Part shown: positions 34,349 to 43,900 of the stretch, in pieces
Numbering within the stretch: the stretch's first letter is position 1
Layout of the letters: every line of letters starts with the position of its first letter
IMG/VR virus record: IMGVR_UViG_3300021255_003269
Location: 735 to 64,734 of that record
DNA length: 64,000 nucleotides
From: a virus
Taxonomy: Duplodnaviria > Caudoviricetes
Reading direction: 5' to 3' (one strand)
Notes under the pieces: generated by a model
The model's input: the letters and a program-made list of their open reading frames with translations, nothing else
What the model was told of the DNA's origin: nothing
Database searches by the model: none
Program-made: the position numbers and the translations under genes

Positions 34349-35683
34349 TTACGTTGTCGGAATGCTACTATGTGTATTCATGAAGCGCCAGATTTTGATA
34401 CCATCGATGGACATGTAATGCAGATCCACCATGTTCATGCCGGCAGTTTCAGCCTGCGTGTGTTCAGTAGCAATTTTGACGCCTTCGGGAACAACAAGAG
34501 TTGAGCTATAAGAGCCAGCATGACGAAGCCTGATCTCAAACCAAGCACCATGACCGTCATCCTCAATTTCAGGAAGAACGTATTCCTGCGGACAGTCAAC
34601 AATCTCGTCAAACTGATAGGTCACATTGCGAGCCATTCCCTCAAAAATGAGCTTGCTGTGGTTGTAGTACGCCGGGATCGGGTCACCAATGGTGATAACA
34701 GCCTCGGTGTACTCGGTGCCGGACTTGGTGTAGTATGTCACGCCGTTCTCGAAGGTGCCTGCAGCCTGCTCGTAGGCGGTGGTCTGCTCGTAGTAGGTAT
34801 CGGCTGGGACGGCCTCGCCCACAGTGACGGTGGCGGGGGTATAGGTGCCGTCTTCGCCCTTGGTATAGTAGGTCTTGCCATCCGTGAACGTGGTGTCCTT
34901 GGTCAGCGCATACTGGTGCGTCTGCACGTAGTATGCCGGGACCGGGACGGCGGAGCGCTCATAATAGGTATCAGGCGTCACGGCTTCGCCAGCGGTCACG
35001 GTCGCAGCTGTGTAGGTATCGTCTTCACCCTTCATGTAATAGGTCTTGCCAGTCTGAAAGGTTTCATCTGCGGTCAGCGCGTAGCTATATGCATCCACCT
35101 CAGCCGGGCTGTAGACTTCGCCAGATTTGGTGAAATACTTCTTGCCCTCCTGGAACATGGTATCAGCAGTGAGGGCATACTCCCAGGTAGCATACGGCGA
35201 AATGTCATACACATAAAACGTTGTACGATAATCAAGATTACGGACGGCCAAATCGGATGCGCGGAAAATGAAGGTTTCCGAAGTCGATCCATCCCAGCTA
35301 ATCGCAACAATCTTTGCCATTGCCGCCACATCAAACATGACAGCTGCATCCACATAGTCAGCCCCGACCGCCACAATTGCATTCGCACCTGTGACAGTAG
35401 TAATATTGCTTACTGACACCCCATCAGGAGCGCTAATACGGGCAAAGATATACCAGCCCTTTTCAGTGATTCCATAAGCCGAATACTGGCTTATATCGTC
35501 CACATATACGGGAATTCCGATGGCTTCAATCACCTTTGAACCATCTTTAAGCGGTGTACTGTTCAGCGATGTAACCCGATTGGATTTGTTTACTATTGCT
35601 TCATCGCCTCCAAGGTTTCTGATCGCTTTGATAATCTCCTGACCGGTAGCTTCGGTGATGGAAGATTTTAAATCAACTGCCAT
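34349..35683 (-). CDS. Leader-bearing protein with internal T/Y-rich repeats (possible fibre or surface protein)
   Basis: SITEATGQEIIKAIRNLGG leader; repeats of ALTxDxTFxxGKTYY. Confidence 0.75.
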   Translation of the reverse strand: MAVDLKSSITEATGQEIIKAIRNLGGDEAIVNKSNRVTSLNSTPLKDGSKVIEAIGIPVYVDDISQYSAYGITEKGWYIFARISAPDGVSVSNITTVTGANAIVAVGADYVDAAVMFDVAAMAKIVAISWDGSTSETFIFRASDLAVRNLDYRTTFYVYDISPYATWEYALTADTMFQEGKKYFTKSGEVYSPAEVDAYSYALTADETFQTGKTYYMKGEDDTYTAATVTAGEAVTPDTYYERSAVPVPAYYVQTHQYALTKDTTFTDGKTYYTKGEDGTYTPATVTVGEAVPADTYYEQTTAYEQAAGTFENGVTYYTKSGTEYTEAVITIGDPIPAYYNHSKLIFEGMARNVTYQFDEIVDCPQEYVLPEIEDDGHGAWFEIRLRHAGSYSSTLVVPEGVKIATEHTQAETAGMNMVDLHYMSIDGIKIWRFMNTHSSIPTT

Positions 35684-35723
35684 AATATAAATCGACTCCT
35701 TTAAAAATGTTTAATTGATGTAC

Positions 35724-35847
35724 GAGGTTGGGACTTGCCGACGTTGACAAGCCCCTTTCCCTCTATCACGCCGACAGCTTTCAGGTCTGAGTAGCTTTCA
35801 CCCTTTCCCGTCAGTCTGGCTGTCGGTTACTCACTTGTTCAGCCGTG
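35724..35847 (-). ncRNA. Candidate structured intergenic RNA
   Basis: CCGACAGC/GCTGTCGG, CACG/CGTG, GGGGCTTG/CAAGTCCC and GAGG/CCTC stems; GAAA loops. Confidence 0.4.
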
Positions 35848-35872
35848 TGTTTGAGTGTGCAAAAGTGTTATT

Positions 35873-36115
35873 TCAATCAGGAATCACTTTGTTCTGGAAT
35901 TTCTTGTAAGCATCCAGGTACCATTCCTTCTTATCGCCGTTGTACGTCAGTTCATAATACATACCGTCGAAGAGGGAGGTGCTGAGTAGATACTTCCAGT
36001 TTTGCAACGCCTTACACTTCCAGACGATGTAGACTTCAAAGTCGGGTTCGGGATCTGATTTGTCCAAGTGCTCCGCTACATAATTGAGCACAAGCTGAAT
36101 AGCTCTTTCGTCCAT
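35873..36115 (-). CDS. DUF6275-like protein
   Basis: VYIVWKCKALQNWKYLLST...DGMYYELTYNGDKKEWYLDAYKKFQN (recall). Confidence 0.8.
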   Translation of the reverse strand: MDERAIQLVLNYVAEHLDKSDPEPDFEVYIVWKCKALQNWKYLLSTSLFDGMYYELTYNGDKKEWYLDAYKKFQNKVIPD

Positions 36116-36130
36116 GTTTTATCCTCCTAT

Positions 36131-37570
36131 TTAAGTCAACATCGCCAACAGCGCTTTCAGTTGCGCCGCTGTAATGGTTACCTCGTCAGCCGTGCCCTTG
36201 CCCAAGGTCAGGTTGCCAGCCAGTTCTTCATTGCCATTCCAGTCAAGTGTACGAGCATTGGAACGATGAGACGCATCCTGGCCATTTCCTACAGTCTCGA
36301 TATACTTACCGCGTGTTGCTGCAGACCCCGGTACTGTATCACCCTCAGCATTATACTCTCCGAATGCATGCTGGGATCTGCCGCGTGCGATCGTGTACTG
36401 CCCTTCCGCATGAGAAGACTGCCCAATAGCTTTTGCTGTGAGCCCTTCGGAATGAGAATAGTCACCAGCAGCTCTCGTGCCATAGCCTTCGGCATGCGAA
36501 TTGGCTCCCTCAGCCGATGTTGCGTTTCCCTCACTATGAGAATTAGCACCGGTGGCTTTTGTATTATGTCCATGTGCTATAGAATGACCACCACTTACTT
36601 CGTTTGAGTTCGGTGTTCCAAGTATCACCGATCCTGATCCAGTACCTTCATAACCAATTTTTGCTATCTCGACTAGCATATTAGCGATATCGGAATTATG
36701 CTTTTTTTGCAGATCGCTAAGCCTGGTTTTAAACTCAGAATCATTTGCATATTTTCTGGCATTATACGAATAATCTACAGAGCCAGTTCCGCAATAAATA
36801 ACATTTGTGCCACTCCTGAGCGTCATTTCAATCGGCTCAGCGTCTTCGGAATTATCAACAGTATAAGAAGTACTTACGGCTTCTTCATAAGTATTGTCCC
36901 TAATACTTTCTGGGCGTAACATAATATTTGACACATAAGATGTTTCACCAACATGATTGCTTTTCATTGAAAATTTATAAGTACAGCTTAATCTTGGTTC
37001 TATTACATCAATTATGCATTCTACAAACGTTTCTGTATATGTGTCGTCAACTACTGGTACTGTCATATTTAACATTTTAAGCTTCCAAGAACGGCTGCTT
37101 TCATCATAATACTCATAATCAGAGACATCATGAAGATCTGGAAGCCATCCTTTAAAATTGAAAGATAATATGTATTTGCCAACAGGCAGTATATCGTCAA
37201 ACTTAATCTGAAAGCTCCAATTTTTGTTTTTTCCTTCTTCTTGTGTAAATTCTATTGTCGAAGAACCTGTATATAAATTTTTGTTAGCAAAAACAAGTTT
37301 TTGTGTTGTCATTGGATCGCTACTTGACGAGTATGGAGTTGGGATATCTGTTTTCTCAACTGTGGCAATCAATTTGTCATCGTAGTTATCATCCACGACG
37401 ATGAGGTTTTTAGACCCATTAATCTTATCAATAACTGCATCTTTTGCATTTTCGCCAATCTCCAGACTGTTTTCGTTTACTGTTTCAATACCTGCAGCGA
37501 TAGCTTCTCTGACGTCACGGCCATAGACCGCTTTCCTGATTTGCTGAGTATATTGACTGATGTCAGCCAT
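36131..37570 (-). CDS. Tail fibre/receptor-binding protein with YadA-head-like repeats
   Basis: N-terminal AVYGRDVREAI anchor; 14-aa repeats SH[AS]EGxxTxAxG. Confidence 0.75.
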   Translation of the reverse strand: MADISQYTQQIRKAVYGRDVREAIAAGIETVNENSLEIGENAKDAVIDKINGSKNLIVVDDNYDDKLIATVEKTDIPTPYSSSSDPMTTQKLVFANKNLYTGSSTIEFTQEEGKNKNWSFQIKFDDILPVGKYILSFNFKGWLPDLHDVSDYEYYDESSRSWKLKMLNMTVPVVDDTYTETFVECIIDVIEPRLSCTYKFSMKSNHVGETSYVSNIMLRPESIRDNTYEEAVSTSYTVDNSEDAEPIEMTLRSGTNVIYCGTGSVDYSYNARKYANDSEFKTRLSDLQKKHNSDIANMLVEIAKIGYEGTGSGSVILGTPNSNEVSGGHSIAHGHNTKATGANSHSEGNATSAEGANSHAEGYGTRAAGDYSHSEGLTAKAIGQSSHAEGQYTIARGRSQHAFGEYNAEGDTVPGSAATRGKYIETVGNGQDASHRSNARTLDWNGNEELAGNLTLGKGTADEVTITAAQLKALLAMLT

Positions 37571-37573
37571 AAT

Positions 37574-37855
37574 TTATCTCCTTCCGTACATCCCATACAG
37601 TTGCTGAATCTGCTGATCAGTGATACCTCTGGTTTGCTGCAGATAGCTTAGGATCTGTACCGGATCATTTTCGATGTTTGCTGGAATATCCGGGAACTTC
37701 TGTTTTACAAAAGCTGCCGGATTATTCATTGCCTGCATGATTGTTGCAAGCGGATTCATAGGCGGCTGCATCTGTGCCGGTGCTTGTGGTAAAGTTTGTG
37801 GCATATTACCCGACATCATCTGACCGCTTGACAGCATCTGATAAAGAGGATTCAT
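37574..37855 (-). CDS. Gln/Met/Pro-rich small protein
   Basis: MNPLYQML...DPVQILSYLQQTRGITDQQ; conserved gut-phage family (recall). Confidence 0.75.
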   Translation of the reverse strand: MNPLYQMLSSGQMMSGNMPQTLPQAPAQMQPPMNPLATIMQAMNNPAAFVKQKFPDIPANIENDPVQILSYLQQTRGITDQQIQQLYGMYGRR

Positions 37856-38358
37856 CGATTAGCACCTCGATTCTGTCCGTTGTTGCTGCCATTTTGATTC
37901 ATATTCTGCTGACCGTTTTTCAGCAGATTCTTTATATCGTTCACTTCATTTTTAATTTGCTCAAAATCTTCTTTAGTGGCATAGTTTCCATTACCAATAG
38001 AACCGTTATTCCCTGCAGTGCCACTATTGCCAGCAGGAAGATAAACAGGAGTCTGCTGATTGTCAATAGTATAATGGATCTTCTGCAGGGGATTCGGCAT
38101 ACCCATCTGGTTAATACTCTTCAGGTAAATTACAGGCTCATTGGTGTCCCACAATGCAATCGGCACTCCAACAGGCCAACCCTGAGGCATCTGAAATGCT
38201 TTAGCTCCAACTTCGCCATCTACCCAGATCATTCCCTGAGCGTTATTCTGCTGCTGAGACGGCTGTGGCTGCTGGCTGTAACCATTATACATAGGAGTAC
38301 CGGACACATAAGGATAGCCAGGCACATTCATTAAATTCTGACCATAATTGTAAGCCAT
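37852..38358 (-). CDS. Gln/Asn-rich protein
   Basis: IWVDGEVGAKAF...LWDTNEPVIYLKS...YATKEDF; conserved gut-phage family (recall). Confidence 0.75.
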   Translation of the reverse strand: MAYNYGQNLMNVPGYPYVSGTPMYNGYSQQPQPSQQQNNAQGMIWVDGEVGAKAFQMPQGWPVGVPIALWDTNEPVIYLKSINQMGMPNPLQKIHYTIDNQQTPVYLPAGNSGTAGNNGSIGNGNYATKEDFEQIKNEVNDIKNLLKNGQQNMNQNGSNNGQNRGANR

Positions 38359-38376
38359 AAAACATTCTCCTTCCAT

Positions 38377-38793
38377 TTACCTGATTACTTTCCAGAAAAA
38401 ACTTGGGATCTCATCACCAGAGTCCCAGCTGTCATAGTAATCACCATCGATCACGGCTACAGCATGACTTCCGGTGCCAATAATGTAGGTTCCTTTAGGA
38501 TATATCTCGGCAAATTTCTTAATCGTTGTGCATCTCGGACAGCTTACAGGCAGCATAAATGGCTTGCATCCCCGAAGCTGTAAATAATGCCCCCATACGG
38601 CATCCGCAGAGGGCATATTACAATCGTGACGTCCGAGTTCACATAGGTCGTCATAAACATCATACCAGTTCATATTAAAAGCAAAACAGATGGCCCGTAT
38701 TACACAGTCAGCCACCTGTTTATGCTTTGGATTTGGATTAACGTTAATCCACATTAGGTTTGTCGGTCCAAGGCTCCTCGTAGCCCATTGCAC
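38377..38793 (-). CDS. Papain-like (Cys-His-Asp) hypothetical peptidase
   Basis: DCVIRAI...SHAVAVIDGDYYDSWDS; true start probably near 38754. Confidence 0.55.
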   Translation of the reverse strand: MQWATRSLGPTNLMWINVNPNPKHKQVADCVIRAICFAFNMNWYDVYDDLCELGRHDCNMPSADAVWGHYLQLRGCKPFMLPVSCPRCTTIKKFAEIYPKGTYIIGTGSHAVAVIDGDYYDSWDSGDEIPSFFWKVIR

Positions 38794-39013
38794 GTTTGCT
38801 ATCGTTAATGCCTTCCGTGGTCGGGTCTACGATAACACCAAGAACACTCAGAAGTAGCAGCAACTGGTTAACGAGGCTCATGACGGTATTCTGAGTAACA
38901 ACAGGAGCGATTTCAAACATGCCGAGAATCGAGTACACAAAACTCACGACTACGCCAATAAAACTGGCCAGCCACACCTTGTTCTTAAATCTTACCTTCC
39001 AATTAACTGTCAT
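38744..39013 (-). CDS. Holin (phiLC3-like)
   Basis: NWKVRFKNKVW...GVIVDPTTEGINDS. Confidence 0.9.
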   Translation of the reverse strand: MTVNWKVRFKNKVWLASFIGVVVSFVYSILGMFEIAPVVTQNTVMSLVNQLLLLLSVLGVIVDPTTEGINDSKRAMGYEEPWTDKPNVD

Positions 39014-39456
39014 TTTGATTTACCTCCAATTCGTGTTGCGAGAAACTGAGTCATGTTGGCAGTGGCGTCCTTCATTTCTTTACTGTCTCCACCAACATTT
39101 CCGTATTGTGCCATAGCCATCAGATATTGGCATATGGCAACCAAGCCTTCCTGCATACTCTTCTGTGATTCCTGAAGGCCGGAAACGATCAGTTCGTGAT
39201 TATCTAACCTGCTCTTATCTTTTGCTAAATTTCGTTCAATCTCTTTGAATCGCGGTTCCAGTTTGTCTATCACTTTCTGGCTGACCGCTTCAGCAAAATC
39301 AGGTTTCTCTGCTTCTCTTTTCTGTTTCCTGCGCTCCACGATCGTTCGAATGGCGTCGTACACTCGATAAACTATCATGAACAGGATGCACAACGCCAAC
39401 AGGCCGTAGAGCGTAGTCCAAAACACTGTTGGGGTGAACTTCTCCACCGTAGGCAT
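39010..39456 (-). CDS. Membrane-anchored coiled-coil lysis-cassette protein
   Basis: N-terminal TM; lies between endolysin and holin. Confidence 0.65.
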   Translation of the reverse strand: MPTVEKFTPTVFWTTLYGLLALCILFMIVYRVYDAIRTIVERRKQKREAEKPDFAEAVSQKVIDKLEPRFKEIERNLAKDKSRLDNHELIVSGLQESQKSMQEGLVAICQYLMAMAQYGNVGGDSKEMKDATANMTQFLATRIGGKSK

Positions 39457-39474
39457 TACATCACCTCCAAACGT

Positions 39475-40467
39475 TTACTCGTTCATCATTTCGTCCACAT
39501 ATTTCTTTAGCTCTTCGATAGATCTCTTTAGTTCTTCGAGCTTTTCAGCAGCATGGTCAATCTTATGCCGTAGCTCTTCATAATCAGAAGTTTCGGCCGG
39601 CTGCTCATCGGGTTCGTCCTTAAGCAATTCTGCCCAGGTTTTCGGCCCGACAATGCCATCAGCTGTCAGACCATGACTATTCTGGTACTGCTGAACAGCC
39701 CTCTTGGTTGCCATGCCGAAAATACCATCTGCTTCAATACCCAGCAATTTTTGAAGCTTCTTTACTTCTTCACCGAAATCGCCTTTCTTAAGCATGACCG
39801 GCGAACTTTCGACAGGAATAGCATCTACATACTCCACTTCAATCCCCTCCTCAATGACTTTTGCCACTGCAGCACGGAAATCATTCATGTTAAGGCCATA
39901 CTTTCTCAACCAATTAGTAATATCGCTGTGATTGCTGGCATAACCAGCCCGATGGAGCTCGCTGTGATCCATTACAGCAGTTCCGCATATGGTTTTTTCA
40001 GTAGGGGAGACGCCCATATGCTTACAAAGGTAGGCTGTCAGTTTAACTGCTTTATCCATGACTGCTTCACGGAAGTAAGCCTCGTCATTGATTTTGCAGC
40101 AAGTCTCGAAGCCGATGTAACCAGCTTTATTGGCATTTCCCTTTGACGCACTGCCCGAAAGCCAGCATCTCTGGTTCCACGGCAATGTCTGGTAAACAGC
40201 AACAGAACCATCGTCGAGTTTGCCAATATAGGCATTCGCGCAAACGGTGACATTCGGACGATTGTGACTATTGTTATAGCGATTCTTACCAAGCAATCCA
40301 TCATTCGGCTGTACATAACGCTTAAGATATGGATTTCCCGGATTATGTTTTGGATCACCAGAAGCTGTGCAATGCACCTGAACGCCTACCTGTTCCTGAA
40401 TCGGAGATTTCTGATAGCACTTGGAATTCGTGAAAAATAGCCTGTGAATGACCAATTTATGTGCCAT
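39475..40467 (-). CDS. Endolysin: N-acetylmuramoyl-L-alanine amidase plus PG-binding domain
   Basis: VHCTA...YIGFE...DHSE...HSD amidase motifs; LKKGDFGEEVKKLQ...ADGIFG...ADGIVGPKTW. Confidence 0.9.
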   Translation of the reverse strand: MAHKLVIHRLFFTNSKCYQKSPIQEQVGVQVHCTASGDPKHNPGNPYLKRYVQPNDGLLGKNRYNNSHNRPNVTVCANAYIGKLDDGSVAVYQTLPWNQRCWLSGSASKGNANKAGYIGFETCCKINDEAYFREAVMDKAVKLTAYLCKHMGVSPTEKTICGTAVMDHSELHRAGYASNHSDITNWLRKYGLNMNDFRAAVAKVIEEGIEVEYVDAIPVESSPVMLKKGDFGEEVKKLQKLLGIEADGIFGMATKRAVQQYQNSHGLTADGIVGPKTWAELLKDEPDEQPAETSDYEELRHKIDHAAEKLEELKRSIEELKKYVDEMMNE

Positions 40468-40473
40468 TTTGAT

Positions 40474-40797
40474 TTACCTGTCCTTTGGCAAATACTCAAC
40501 AGGAACGGTCGGGATATCAAGTTCTCGAGAAGTATCCCCATTGCCTTCCATCCACACCAAAAACGACTGCTCTCCCGGTTTAAATTCGGAATGTCCGAAT
40601 TTGGTATAGCCACGGTAGATGTTCTTGTAACCGCCGAACTTGAAAGTCATTTCTTTGGTTGCTTCAGGATCAATAAGAGCAAAGAACACTTTTTTGATCT
40701 CATCAACTGTGCTGGAGATGACAAGATGATCCGGATCTGCTACCCAGCCAATCGTGCCATCAAATTCGAGACCGTTATTCAGCGTTATTGTTGTCAT
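40474..40797 (-). CDS. Hypothetical tail-associated protein
   Basis: Start re-called at MTTITLNNG. Confidence 0.6.
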   Translation of the reverse strand: MTTITLNNGLEFDGTIGWVADPDHLVISSTVDEIKKVFFALIDPEATKEMTFKFGGYKNIYRGYTKFGHSEFKPGEQSFLVWMEGNGDTSRELDIPTVPVEYLPKDR

Positions 40798-40969
40798 GAT
40801 CGGACACCTCTTTTGCAGGCTGTTCAAAAGCGGCGATTTCTGGACGAAGCTTTTCCAAAAGCCAAATACAGCCCAACATATGATCCATGTTTTCTTTGCC
40901 GGACACACTGACAGTACAAAGGGTATTGATAACATCGGTGATCTGCTTATTAACTTCCTGTGGTGTCAT
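40775..40969 (-). CDS. Small hypothetical protein
   Basis: SD GAGGAG; 64 aa. Confidence 0.6.
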   Translation of the reverse strand: MTPQEVNKQITDVINTLCTVSVSGKENMDHMLGCIWLLEKLRPEIAAFEQPAKEVSDHDNNNAE

Positions 40970-40988
40970 ATATGAATCTCCTCACTTT

Positions 40989-43900
40989 TTAAGTAATTTC
41001 AATATAGTATTCTTCGTCATACTTTCTGGTGGCCTTAACGGTGTAACTTGATGTCCCAATATTAACCCAAGTGCCACTCGCATTTTTTCCTTGTAACTGC
41101 GCCACGATTATTCTGGTTGAACTTGTGCTTCCATATTTGGCGCTTCCTGACTTCCATGAAAAAGTAGCGCGATAGCTTGAATAAATAGAAACTGGCGCAG
41201 GTGCCTGGAATTTAATATACTGTTTGCCGCCAGACTTTGGAGTGACCTCAACCTGATAATACTTACTGGTCGTTAGCGTACCTTTATCCGTGCCATCCGA
41301 ATAAGCAGTGTCCGATGGACCATTCAAGTTTATAGATGTAATACCAGCGGATTCTGCTACCCCATCGGTATGACCGTGTGAATAAGCATCCGATCCACTT
41401 ACAATGACTGCTTTACCATCATATGGACTATTGGAAATATTACTACCGGTAACACGAAGTGGAACAGTGTATTCTTTTTCGTCTCTATTATATACAGCAT
41501 TAGCACCTGGTCTTAAAGTGACATCTGTAATCGCGCCAGTTGGCTTGGAGTTGGCGACGCGGGCCACAACTTTATCATTGGCATCATAGATGTACGCGTA
41601 ATCATTATTGCAGGCGACACCGTAACTCAAGTAGGAGAGTGTGTCCTTTTGCAATGACGGATATGGGATGAGCATCAGGTTGCTGCTGGTCTGTGGAGAT
41701 GGCAGTGCCGCCGTGACCGCGCTACCTGCTTGCTGCCACCCGGAGATCTCTGCTGCCGATACCAATTTCTTGCATTCTGTGGTATCGGCTATCTTAAAAT
41801 TTGTTTTTATCGTATCTCCATTGATCTTTGTTAATGTTAATACCATCTTTCCAGCAAGATCGCCAGAACCTTCAGAAAAATCAGCTCCGATCAATGCGTT
41901 GCTTATGTTTGTTGAAACTGCACTACCGCCAGCATCAGTTCCGCCATTAACATAAATCGTTCCTGCTCTGAGAGTAGTAAATATTCCATTAGACGCGCTT
42001 ACATAAGTATTAGCTGTAATCGTATTTGCGGTAATCGTGTCAATCTTGGCTTTAACAGCGTTCAACTCACCAATACTGGCTTTACCAGCAATCAGTGTGT
42101 CGACAACAGCCAGCTTGGTTTTGAAACTCGGGATCTCGTTTTCGAGGTCTGAGAAATCGGCAGCGGTAACAAAGCCTGGGGAAACAACGGTAGCCCCATC
42201 TTTATCCTTGTAGCTTACTGTATTATTCAGGAAAACCAGCCAATTTTCATCTGTGCCATCGGCTTTCTTGCCGAACAGACCAGTACCAAGAATACCGCTA
42301 AGCTTAAACTTTTCAGAAGCATTTCCGTCACGGCCAAGGATTTCTGATGCAGCACCTTTCATACTGAGCATGGAAGTGACGTCACCATCAAGAACTTTAT
42401 TAATATCTTCAAGACCATTACCGAGTTCGATGCCAGAACCAGCAAGCAAACCCTTAATGCCATCAGCCGCTGCTGTGACCTGAGTTTCTGTTGTGCCAGT
42501 GTCAGAATCTGTCAGCAATTTACCAATTTCCAATTTGCCGCCATCGCCAGTATCATTTGCACCGATTTTTACAACTTCTCCGGTATACTTCTTAACCTGT
42601 TCCTCAGTCCAGTTTTCGGATCCTTCAGGAGGGGCCTGAGCAATGGAAATATACCGTTTATCACCATTGATCAGAATAGAATTCACCAGATCTCCGGATT
42701 CATCTATAAAGTGCTGATCAATATTTTCTTTACCCGAACCTTTGATGGAGAACTCAGCATTATGGCCGTCAAGAACCATGGTATAAACATTATAGTTTTC
42801 ACCGGCTAGCTTCTTTTTGATGGCCATATATGCCGTCTGCAGAACTTCTGATTCGGCCTTATCACCATACTTAGCCCGATATTTGTCATACTGCTCGCTA
42901 TTATGAGCGCCATCCAGAACAAACGCCCACAACATTTGCTCAGTAAGCTCTTTATTTGCGTCATATCCTTTATCTTTGTTTCCGTCTTCTTTCTTTTTTC
43001 CGGCAGATCTTGTGCTGCTCTTTTTATTCTGAGCTTTATACCCATAATTCTTTTTCAGAATCTGATTGGGAATTCCGACGGTATAATTATTCTTATCCGG
43101 ATGATGCAAGTCATATGTTGCTGACATAATCACCATCGTCTTATCGATCATGGCACCAGGATCAGTATCCCTCTTGTTGATATCCGGATAAATGACATGC
43201 ACGCGTTTGCCAATTACATATTTCCCAAGTTCGCTTTGCAATACATGCATATCAAGAGCACTAATACTGAATGAAGAAAGACCGCCATTGTAGTTATTCT
43301 TCATCCAATCTGTTGCATAGGACCAAAGCTTGGCTTGAGTATCAGCATTACTGAAATTTTCTGTCTTAAAAATATAGCCATAGTCATTGATTGCATTCTC
43401 ATAGTCGGCTTTGCTATGAAAACCGGAATTCAATTGGGCATCGGAAAAAACCTTTGTCAACTGAGGTACAAGAATGAATTTATTATTTCCATGTATGTCA
43501 TTCTTATAGCCTTTAATGTACAGGCTCTTACCCTTAGCACTGCCGACCGGAATGAGCGCTGTGAAAATATTGTTGACTTCAGAACTGCTATTAATGTCGA
43601 TCAGATTTTCGCCAAGCTCCATCGGCTGGTCAATAATGTCCGTTTCATAATAATTATTGAGCCAATCCAAATACGTGGTGCCATTTTGATAGCGAGTCCT
43701 GAAATAACCACCAAACTCATCTGCAAGATTACTGAGAACACTCTGAGTATCACTCCAACTACTGGATCCATATTTGTATGAAGCAGTTGTCGTTACTTTT
43801 TGTGACGCAGCAGTAGCAGAAGTGTATTGGCCTGGAACTTCACCGAGAACAAACTTTTTATCGGCAATATCATTTGCCATCTGAGTATTATGGTTGTTGA

